Shown: positions 47,601 through 55,735 of the stretch, one piece after another
How positions within the stretch are numbered: position 1 is the stretch's first letter
How the letters are laid out: each line of letters begins with the position of its first letter
DNA from: Xanthobacteraceae bacterium
GTDB lineage: Bacteria > Pseudomonadota > Alphaproteobacteria > Rhizobiales > Xanthobacteraceae
Length of the DNA stretch: 64,000 nt
Reading direction: 5' to 3'
Assembly: GCA_050179645.1 (NCBI GenBank)
Contig: JBFXEX010000002.1
Coordinates: 5,638-69,637, forward strand
The notes under the pieces: model-generated
Told to the model about the DNA's origin: nothing
Databases searched by the model: none
The model's input: only the letters and a program-made list of their open reading frames with translations
Made by a program: the position numbers and the translations under genes

Positions 47601-47818
47601 TTCTGGAACGCGCGGACGTCCTCGGGATCGAGCCGTTCGGAGAGTGTGGTGAAACCGGTGACGTCGGCAAACAGCACGGTCACCTGCCGCCGGTCGGCAT
47701 CCGGCTCGGCGGCGATTGGCGCGGGCGCGGCCGCAGGCGCATCAGCCCGGCGCCGTCCACAGCGCGGGCAGAATGCGAAGTCCGGCGACAGCTCGAAACC
47801 ACAGCCGATGCATGCCAT
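44690..47818 (-). CDS. zinc-ribbon / class III adenylate-guanylate cyclase / AAA(STAND) ATPase / TPR protein
   Basis: 1042 aa. N-terminal CIGCG..x..CPRCG. Cyclase core with metal-binding Asp residues in VTVLFADVTGFT and FVGDAVLAVFGAP. Walker A VGEAGVGKSRV (aa 271-281). Walker B-like LLIVIEDLHWAD. C-terminal ~400 aa are TPR-like repeats. Confidence 0.9.
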   Translation of the reverse strand: MACIGCGFELSPDFAFCPRCGRRRADAPAAAPAPIAAEPDADRRQVTVLFADVTGFTTLSERLDPEDVRAFQNALFEALAQAIARYDGFVEKFVGDAVLAVFGAPIAHEDDPERALHAALDMLARSAVLSEQWAQRLGQPVTLHIGVHTGPVVAGSLGSAAGAAYAVTGDTVNTTARLLAAASGAVLVSDATYALTSHRFAFDPPRELALRGKSEPVVVHSLVGALAEPGSARGLSAHGLATPLIGRADELEQLRALFDEMDHRAQVVSLVGEAGVGKSRVIAEFLARLDADGSLSRITLRRISCSSLGEPTYGVFSALFREAYHVAATDTLDVARQKLESGLRTLGADAREAETMAPLLSYVLGMEEARLREVEPEQLRRQIALAARALLERRLHHSPLLIVIEDLHWADAASIELLRYVVDQLVDRPLMLLLSHRADAAPPKVLQAAQTIIRLTALTPDQTRALVGSLFGAAAGDMLPHLQDFVATKAGGNPLFVEEIIRSLVGKGVLVRDGEHWACTTTCEAVDIPPTLHGLLLSRVDRLSADTRRLLQEGAVLGAAFDEALLRGVATHADGIAQGLDRLVEADLLRRPDHGGACGRYEFTHALVHEAVYQNLLLTRRTELHERAGRALERAVGPHPQRLGDIEALGHHWSLSSDQLKGARYLIAGGDWARAVYANEDAIRHYERALRTLADCRDCRDQVQAARERLADLFALTGRRNEALAHYEAVRQECEAASDFAGAARLYRKVGGLHWEAGDRKRAGGCFEAGLERLGHNGHAVERAQLFQEIGRLAFRDGDNAGAIAWAERALAEAGEGGDVADTERARDIAVTRAQAYNTLGVALARTGRLGEAVTHIERSISLAEARELLQAACRGYTNLGVLYSSLDPPRSIETCLRGLETAKKVGDLGFQSRLYANLAVAYCALTDRCEAEGMEAAQVAADLDRRLGLLDHLAVPLIVLGQIHQCHGDHAQALASYQEALGLAEQIGEPQLLFPCYDGLATLYLDAGDHARAEIYLAKSQEVCARAGIEPDALMVLPFLT

Positions 47819-47896
47819 GGAATTGAATCATCCGACCTTGCGGGCCGTAACCAGTATAGCGCCAAACGCAGGCGCTGGCGCCGCTGCGCCGCTAGA

Positions 47897-48784
47897 CTAG
47901 GCGCCGCGCAGGAAGCGAATGATGCCGGAGAAGTCGACGCCGGGATCGGCATTCTCGACGAACTGCTCGTAGACCGCGGCAGCGCCGGCGCCGAGCGGCG
48001 TGCGGGCGTGGCTCGCCTTCGCAGCCGCCTGCGCGAGCTTCAGGTCCTTCAGCATCATCGCCGCGGTGAAGCCCGCCTTGTAATCGCGGTTGGCGGGCGA
48101 ACTCGGCACCGGCCCGGGCACCGGGCAATAGCTCGTCATCGACCAGCACTGTCCTGACGATTTCGACGAAATGTCGAACAGCTTCTGCGCATCGAGGCCG
48201 AGCTTTTCAGCCAGCAGAAAAGCTTCGGACACCACGATCATCGAGGCGCCGAGCACCATGTTGTTGCAGATCTTCGCCGCCTGGCCGTTCCCTGCCCCAC
48301 CGGCATGCACGATGGTCTTGCCCATCGCTTCGAGGAGCGGCAACGCACGAGCGAAGGCGGTCTCCGGTCCGCCGACCATGAACGTGAGCGTCGCGGCCTG
48401 CGCACCGGTGACCCCGCCCGAAACCGGAGCGTCGACCATGTCGAGCCCGCGCTCGGCCGCGGCCGCCGCAATCGCGCGCGCCGTCTCGACGTCGATGGTG
48501 GAGCAATCGATCAGCAGCGTACCGGCCTCGACCGACGCCAGCACGCCATCCGCAGCGAGATACACGTCGCTCACGTGTTCGCCTGCCGGCAGCATGGTGA
48601 TGACGACGTCCGCACCGGTGCAGGCCTCCGCGATCGAGTGCGCCGCCGTGCCCCCACTCGCGGCCAGGTTCTCGACCGCCGCCGCGCTGATGTCGAAGCC
48701 GCGCACCGTATGCCCGGCCTTGATCAGGTTCTGCGCCATTGGCAGTCCCATATTGCCGAGCCCGATGAAAGCGATCGTGGACAT
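47897..48784 (-). CDS. mmsB: 3-hydroxyisobutyrate dehydrogenase
   Basis: 295 aa with Rossmann motif IAFIGLGNMGLPMA and a full-length HIBADH-like sequence. Sits in a valine-catabolism gene context. Confidence 0.88.
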   Translation of the reverse strand: MSTIAFIGLGNMGLPMAQNLIKAGHTVRGFDISAAAVENLAASGGTAAHSIAEACTGADVVITMLPAGEHVSDVYLAADGVLASVEAGTLLIDCSTIDVETARAIAAAAAERGLDMVDAPVSGGVTGAQAATLTFMVGGPETAFARALPLLEAMGKTIVHAGGAGNGQAAKICNNMVLGASMIVVSEAFLLAEKLGLDAQKLFDISSKSSGQCWSMTSYCPVPGPVPSSPANRDYKAGFTAAMMLKDLKLAQAAAKASHARTPLGAGAAAVYEQFVENADPGVDFSGIIRFLRGA

Positions 48785-48883
48785 GGAGGGTCCCTCCTCA
48801 GTTTACAGTCATCGTAATGTGAAATTGCGGGCGGCGAAATCCGGCGCGATGCCGAAATCCATCCGGTGAAAAGATCGGCCCGC

Positions 48884-49324
48884 TCAGTTCGGCTGCTCGC
48901 GCGCCGCCAGAATGGCCAGCACGATGTACGCCACAAGCAGGACGAGTTCGACCCCGATCACCACGATGCTGCCGCCATAGATCTGCGGAAACATGATCTC
49001 GACCGCCGCCATTGAGACCACCGAGGTCAGCCAGATCACCGCGCCCCACGGCGCGGCCAGCCACAGGCCGACCGCCGCGACCAGGTCGATCACGCCGAAG
49101 AACGCGGTCGCGACCTGATAGGGCGCCGGATAGGATTCGAACCCGCTATGCGGCGGCGCACCAAAACCGCAGATGACCGCCCAATGATAGAGTCCTTTGA
49201 GCAGCGACAGGCCAGCCATCACCCGCAGGAACACGACCAGCCAGAACGGCCACTGCGGACCTTGCGCTTCGTGTTCGCCGGCATGGACCGGCTCGAGCGT
49301 GCGGACTTGTTCGATGTCCCTCAT
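48884..49324 (-). CDS. hypothetical membrane protein
   Basis: 146 aa with four TM helices. Its start overlaps the stop of the upstream hydrolase gene by 4 nt. Confidence 0.55.
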   Translation of the reverse strand: MRDIEQVRTLEPVHAGEHEAQGPQWPFWLVVFLRVMAGLSLLKGLYHWAVICGFGAPPHSGFESYPAPYQVATAFFGVIDLVAAVGLWLAAPWGAVIWLTSVVSMAAVEIMFPQIYGGSIVVIGVELVLLVAYIVLAILAAREQPN

Positions 49325-50379
49325 GACACCTGCAGTTCGTTCTCGACCGGAGCAAAGTGCCGCTCGACCTCATCCGCGTCCACCGCTTCCAGCGTCGCCG
49401 GCTGCCAGCGTGGCGTCTGATCCTTGTCGACGATCACGGCCCTGATGCCCTCGTAGAGATCGTGGCCGCGCACGATGCGGGACACGATGCGGAATTCCAT
49501 CCGCATGCATTGGTCGAAATCGCACGATTTGCCAAGCAGCATTTGCCGGAGCGTGACCTTCAGGCTGAGCGGCGACTTGGTCCGGATCGTGGCCGCGGTC
49601 TTGCGACCAAATTCGGCCCCCGGGCCGGTCCCTTCCCCAGCCCGATCGAGGGCGGCGAGAATTTTCTCCACCCCGTCCCCGGCGAACAGGCGGTCGATCA
49701 CCGGCCTCAGCGCCGCAACCGGCGCGTCGCCGACAGGCTCGGCGAAGGCGCCGAGCACGGCATCGACCGGCACGTTGCCGCACAGCGCCTCGGTCAGTTC
49801 GGCAAATCGCGACGAGGATACCCGGTGGGTGGCAATTCCGGTCTCGACGCCATCGGCGGCGTTGAGGCGCTCGCCGGTGAGCGCGCCATAGAGGCCAAGC
49901 TTGCCGGGCATGCGGGTGAGAAACCAGGTCGCGCCGATGTCGGGGAAGAAGCCGATGCCGACCTCCGGCATCGCGAACAAGAACTTGTCACCCGCCACAC
50001 GGCGCGAGCCATGCACCGAAATGCCGGCGCCGCCACCCATCACGATGCCGTCGATCAGCGAGACGTAGGGCTTGCGACAATGCTTGATCTGCGCATTGAG
50101 CCGATATTCCTCGCGGAAGAAGCTGAGCGCCTCATCGTAGCGCCCGGCCTGCCCCAGGTCGTAGAGGCCGCGCAGGTCGCCGCCCGCCGAGAAGGCGCGC
50201 CCGCCGCGCGCGGTGAGAACGACGCGGGTGACAGAGCCGTCGTCCTGCCACTCGGCAAGCTGGGCGGCCAGGGCGCGCACCATGCCGAGGCTCACCGCAT
50301 TGAGCGCCTGCGGGCGATTGAGCGTCACGATACCGGCCGCGCCCCGCCGGTCGAACAGAATGTCGGGCTCTGCGGTCAT
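49321..50379 (-). CDS. enoyl-CoA hydratase/isomerase family protein, 3-hydroxyisobutyryl-CoA hydrolase-like
   Basis: Start MTAEPDILFDRRGAAGIVTLNRPQALNA, with crotonase-fold FSAGGDL. The ~352-aa length and the position between acyl-CoA dehydrogenase and mmsB fit HIBCH. Confidence 0.82.
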   Translation of the reverse strand: MTAEPDILFDRRGAAGIVTLNRPQALNAVSLGMVRALAAQLAEWQDDGSVTRVVLTARGGRAFSAGGDLRGLYDLGQAGRYDEALSFFREEYRLNAQIKHCRKPYVSLIDGIVMGGGAGISVHGSRRVAGDKFLFAMPEVGIGFFPDIGATWFLTRMPGKLGLYGALTGERLNAADGVETGIATHRVSSSRFAELTEALCGNVPVDAVLGAFAEPVGDAPVAALRPVIDRLFAGDGVEKILAALDRAGEGTGPGAEFGRKTAATIRTKSPLSLKVTLRQMLLGKSCDFDQCMRMEFRIVSRIVRGHDLYEGIRAVIVDKDQTPRWQPATLEAVDADEVERHFAPVENELQVS

Positions 50380-50383
50380 CGCT

Positions 50384-51523
50384 TCAATTTTGCAAAAGAT
50401 CGCGGCTGACGATGTGCCGCATGATCTCATTGGTGCCTTCGAGAATCTGGTGCACCCGCAGGTCGCGCAGCACTCGCTCGAACGGATGGTCGCGCAAATA
50501 ACCATAGCCGCCGTGGAGCTGCAGGCAGCCGTTGACGACGTCGAAGCCGGTGTCGGTGGCCAGGCGCTTGGCCTGCGCGCAAAGCCGCGCCGCCGGGGGT
50601 TCGCCGCGGTCGAGCGCAACGGCGGCGCGCCACAGCAGCAGCCGCGCGGATTCGATCGCGGTGGCAAAGTCGGCGATACGAAACGCCAACGCCTGGAAGT
50701 CGGCAAGCCGCGTGCCGAATTGCCGGCGCTCGCGCATATAGCCGATGGTGCGATCGAGGCAGAACTGGGCGCCGCCGAGCGAGCAGGCCGCGATGTTGAG
50801 CCGCCCGCCGTCGAGTGCGCGCATGGCGATCTTGAAACCCTCGCCCTCGGCGGCGAGCCGGTTGGCAGCCGGCACCCGGCAGCCCTCGAACATCACCATG
50901 GCGGTCGGCTGCGACTTCCAGCCGAGCTTCTTCTCCTGCGCGCCGAACGTGAGACCCGGCGTGCCATTCTCGACCACGAAGCACGAGATGCCGCGCGGCC
51001 CGCCCTCCCCGGTGCGCGCCATTACCACGTAGATGTCGGCGACGCCGCCGCCGGAGATGAACGCCTTGGTGCCGTCGAGCACATAGTGGTCGCCCTCGCG
51101 CACCGCCCGGGTCTTCAGGCTCGCGGCGTCCGAGCCGCTGTCGGGCTCGGTGAGACAATAGCTGCCGAACTGCTGCATGGTGCAGAGCGTCGGCAGGTAA
51201 CGGCGGCGCTGTGCGTCGCAGCCGTAGCTGTCGATCATCCAGGCCACCATGTTGTGAATCGAGATGTAGGCGGCGGTGGACGGACAGCCTTGCGCCAGCT
51301 CTTCGAAAATGATCGCGGCATCGAGGCGCGACAGCGCCGAGCCGCCGACCTCGGCATCGACATAGATGCCCGCGAAGCCGAGCGCGGCGGCCTGCCGCAG
51401 CGTTTCGACCGGGAAATGCTCGGCCTCGTCCCATTCGCGCGCGTGCGGCAGCATCTCGGCGACGGCGAATGCACGCGCAGTGGCTTGAACGGCGCGCTGT
51501 TCTTCGGTGAGGTCGAAATCCAT
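50384..51523 (-). CDS. acyl-CoA dehydrogenase (isobutyryl-CoA dehydrogenase-like)
   Basis: 379 aa with MDFDLTEEQ..., LTEPDSGSDA, and C-terminal QLHGGYGY and ILEGTNEIM. Confidence 0.9.
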   Translation of the reverse strand: MDFDLTEEQRAVQATARAFAVAEMLPHAREWDEAEHFPVETLRQAAALGFAGIYVDAEVGGSALSRLDAAIIFEELAQGCPSTAAYISIHNMVAWMIDSYGCDAQRRRYLPTLCTMQQFGSYCLTEPDSGSDAASLKTRAVREGDHYVLDGTKAFISGGGVADIYVVMARTGEGGPRGISCFVVENGTPGLTFGAQEKKLGWKSQPTAMVMFEGCRVPAANRLAAEGEGFKIAMRALDGGRLNIAACSLGGAQFCLDRTIGYMRERRQFGTRLADFQALAFRIADFATAIESARLLLWRAAVALDRGEPPAARLCAQAKRLATDTGFDVVNGCLQLHGGYGYLRDHPFERVLRDLRVHQILEGTNEIMRHIVSRDLLQN

Positions 51524-51540
51524 CAGGCGCGATCACGCCT

Positions 51541-54540
51541 TCACTTGCGCACAACCGCGATCGGGAAGTCCGGCACGGTGTCGGGCTTGGTCATCACCGG
51601 GTGCTGGCGCCCGCCGGTCAACTGCTTGACCCGCTCGGCGACGAACACGTCGAGCATCGAGGCGGTGATCTTGCCGGTGTCGAGCAGATTGGCCTTGCCC
51701 TCGTGCAGTCCTTCGATCACCGCCTTGGTGAAGGCGCCGTTCTGCCAGTCGTCGCGCTCGAGCGACACTTCCTTGCCTTTCGACGAGGCGAACACCACGA
51801 CGCCGTTCTCCGCGGTGACGAAGTCGTTGATCACGCCGTCGATGTCGACGTTGCCGCGCCGCAATGCGGTATCCGCCATCGCCTGCCCGGCGTGGCAGGT
51901 ATCGAGGAAGAGCACGGCCTTGCCGGCGAGATTGCGCAGCGTGCGACGGATGTCGTCCTGCGGCACGCCGCGCACCCGCACACGTTCGGGCGTCGCGTTC
52001 GCCGGCAGGAACCAGTAGGCATTCTTCTCGTCGGTCCAGCCGTGACCGGCGAGGAACACGACGCCGACATCGCGGCTGGTGACCTCTTTCTCAAGCCATT
52101 CTAGCCCCTCGGCGATGGAGTCGCGCGTGACCTCTTGATCGCGGAGCAGCCGGACCGTGACGTCGCCGTACATCAATCCGCGCTGCGCCTCGAGGGCCTT
52201 GGCAAAATCGGTCGCATCCTTGGCGGCGTAGCGCAGCTCCCAGGCGCGCTCGTTGTGCTTGCTGACGCCGACCACCAGGGCGTAGAGCTTCGGCTTGAGC
52301 AATTGCTCGCCGGTGAGCTGGCGTCCGCCCCAGGTCAGCTTGATGCGCGACGGCTCGCTCGCCACGTCACCCGACCAGGCGATCAGCGAGACTTCGACAT
52401 CCTGCCGCGGCAGCTTCACCTTCACTTCATCGGACGGCGCGGCGATGGCGCCGCGCTCCTGCTGCAGGCGGCCGTCGATGAACACCTCGATCCGGTCGAC
52501 CTTCGTGCCGGACGGCGAGCGCAATTCGTAGCCGAGCGTGACTTCGTCGCCCGAGAAGCGCGTGCCTTCGACCGGGCTGGTGATCCGCAGCACCGGTGGC
52601 AGGGCACTGAGCAGGGGTTTGGTCTCCTGCTTGCGCTTGGCGGTTTCGTTGGCGCTCTTGACCGCCTCGTCCTCGTCCAGCGTCTGCAGCACCAGACGGA
52701 CGATGTCGGGCCGATTGAAGCGTTCGCGGAAGCGAGAGGCCGGGAAGAAGTCGGCCGATTGCTCCCAGCCGCGATTGATGTGCCAGCCGATCAGGCCTTC
52801 GCCGCCCGGCGAGGCCATGTAGTAGCCGGTCGGCGTCCACGCGACCCAGCGCTTGTCTTCCTTGTAGATGAACAGCGTCAGCAGGACCCGGCCATCGGAC
52901 CAGCGATGCCAGCGGATGGTGCCGTCGGCGTAGGCCACGGCCGCCAATTCGCCGTCGCGTGCCAGGTTGATGCCCCAGGCGGTGCCCGGCACGTCCATGC
53001 GCCAGCGCTGCTTGCCGTCGGCCTCGAACGAACGCAGCGACCAGTCGGCGCCGAGCAGGAAACCGCTCGCGTCGGGACGGATCGCCAGGCTGCGTGCTTC
53101 CTCCAGGGTGGCGAGTTGCAGCGGTTTGTCGTTCAGCGTCGGCTTGGTGTTGTGCAGCCAGTCGGCGATCTTCAGGGCGCTGACATTCGCCGGCATCAGG
53201 TCCGGCAGTTGCTCGGGCGCGTCCTGCAGCGTGCCGGCCGCCAGATCGAACACCACGGGCTCCGACGCGAAGGTCTCCAGCCCGAACCGCAGCCGCGTCC
53301 CGTCCGGCGAAATCATGAAGCTGCTGTCGCGCTTGCCGCGCATGTCCGGGATCGGCGGCAGACCGATCTTGGTCACCGTCCCGTCCAGCGGATCGATCCG
53401 GCCATAAACCGGCCCGTGCGCGACGTAATAGACCGAGTCGCCGCATGGCATCATGTGGAGGACGGTATTGTCCGCCACCATCACCTCATTCACCTGGCGG
53501 CCATTGGCATCCCAGATACGAACCGGATACTGCCATTCCCCGTCGACGAAGCGCTGATAGCGGCCGCCGCCCAGGACGTACTTGCCGTCCGACGTCCACG
53601 ACACCGCCAAGAGGTTCCCGCTCGCGATGTCGGAATTGTCGGCCACCGCGACGCGCTCGAGCGTCCTGGCGTCGAAAATCTCCACGGTACGCGCGTCGTC
53701 GTAGCCCACGGCAACGCGTTTGCCGGTCGGATCGACGGCCACCGAGTGCGGCCGCTGGCCGCCCGGGGTCTTCACCTTGTGGGTGCGCTTGAAGTTGCGG
53801 CTATAGTGGCGAAGGTAGCCATCATAGGCCACAGCGTAGAGCGTGTCGTCCGGACCGAAGGCGAGTCCCCGGCTGCGTTCGGCATAGTCGCGATCAGCCA
53901 GAAGTACCTTGCCGGTTTTGGCATCGATGATCCGCACGCCATTCTTGCCGTCAAGCGACGCCGCGAGCTTGCTGCCGTCCGAGGTGAATGCCAGATGGTG
54001 GATGACCTGGTCGGACACCGAGTAGCGTCGCAGCGCGCCGTCGGTCGCGCTGTCGAACAGGTAAGCGCCGTTCTCATTCTGCTTGTAGTAGGCGTCCCAG
54101 CCGCCGACGGCGATCCGCTTGCCATCAGGTGTTATTGCCGTTGCATAGATCTTGCCGAAGTCGCCATCGCCGAGTGGTGGCCGGAAGGTCCGGATCAGCT
54201 TGCCCTCCGGTAACGACCATGTGCGCACGGTCTTGTCTTCGCTGCCGGTCACCAAGGTCTTGCATTCCCGGTCGATCCCGAGCCGGTACATGACCGCGGT
54301 GTGCATGTTGGTTTCGATGCGCAGCACCGGTTCCTGGTTCGGACAGACCTTGACGGCCTCCACCAGCGCGGGTGTCGCCGCGCCGTCGACTGCCCCCTTG
54401 TAGCAGCCGGCGTCGCGCAAGCGTTGCTGCAGCGACCGGATCTCGTCCGGGCCGAGCGACGCAAGATCTCGAGCGGCCGCAGACTGCGCCGCCAAGCCAA
54501 TTGCCAGAAACATCGAGACGGCGAGTGCGCGGACGCTCAT
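51541..54540 (-). CDS. exported PG-binding / WD40 beta-propeller / caspase-fold (peptidase C14) protein
   Basis: Start at MSVRALAVSMFLAIGLAAQSAAA (signal peptide). PG_binding_1-like segment (IRSLQQRLRDAGCYKGAVDG). WD repeats (TGSEDKTVRTWSL and others). The C-terminal 249 aa are a caspase domain with His in VFLAGHG and Cys in LFLDTCHAGQ (Cys codon at 51895-51897). Confidence 0.88.
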   Translation of the reverse strand: MSVRALAVSMFLAIGLAAQSAAARDLASLGPDEIRSLQQRLRDAGCYKGAVDGAATPALVEAVKVCPNQEPVLRIETNMHTAVMYRLGIDRECKTLVTGSEDKTVRTWSLPEGKLIRTFRPPLGDGDFGKIYATAITPDGKRIAVGGWDAYYKQNENGAYLFDSATDGALRRYSVSDQVIHHLAFTSDGSKLAASLDGKNGVRIIDAKTGKVLLADRDYAERSRGLAFGPDDTLYAVAYDGYLRHYSRNFKRTHKVKTPGGQRPHSVAVDPTGKRVAVGYDDARTVEIFDARTLERVAVADNSDIASGNLLAVSWTSDGKYVLGGGRYQRFVDGEWQYPVRIWDANGRQVNEVMVADNTVLHMMPCGDSVYYVAHGPVYGRIDPLDGTVTKIGLPPIPDMRGKRDSSFMISPDGTRLRFGLETFASEPVVFDLAAGTLQDAPEQLPDLMPANVSALKIADWLHNTKPTLNDKPLQLATLEEARSLAIRPDASGFLLGADWSLRSFEADGKQRWRMDVPGTAWGINLARDGELAAVAYADGTIRWHRWSDGRVLLTLFIYKEDKRWVAWTPTGYYMASPGGEGLIGWHINRGWEQSADFFPASRFRERFNRPDIVRLVLQTLDEDEAVKSANETAKRKQETKPLLSALPPVLRITSPVEGTRFSGDEVTLGYELRSPSGTKVDRIEVFIDGRLQQERGAIAAPSDEVKVKLPRQDVEVSLIAWSGDVASEPSRIKLTWGGRQLTGEQLLKPKLYALVVGVSKHNERAWELRYAAKDATDFAKALEAQRGLMYGDVTVRLLRDQEVTRDSIAEGLEWLEKEVTSRDVGVVFLAGHGWTDEKNAYWFLPANATPERVRVRGVPQDDIRRTLRNLAGKAVLFLDTCHAGQAMADTALRRGNVDIDGVINDFVTAENGVVVFASSKGKEVSLERDDWQNGAFTKAVIEGLHEGKANLLDTGKITASMLDVFVAERVKQLTGGRQHPVMTKPDTVPDFPIAVVRK

Positions 54541-54630
54541 TCCGTACTCCAGGTGGACCACCTCAATCTGCACCAGAACCGATTTCGAGAAAAGGCGGCC
54601 TTGCGTCGCCGTGGTGGCGGCTCCGATTGA

Positions 54631-55728
<1,098 letters not shown>

Positions 55729-55735
55729 CGACCGG

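Noticed and set aside
52135-54213. 692-aa plus-strand ORF, and the 601-aa ORF 50213..52018, opposite the caspase and acyl-CoA dehydrogenase genes.
   Set aside because: They are antisense to genes with strong family signatures. The products are Arg/Ala/Gly-rich with no recognisable domain. The 601-aa ORF would span two genes and an intergenic gap on the other strand.
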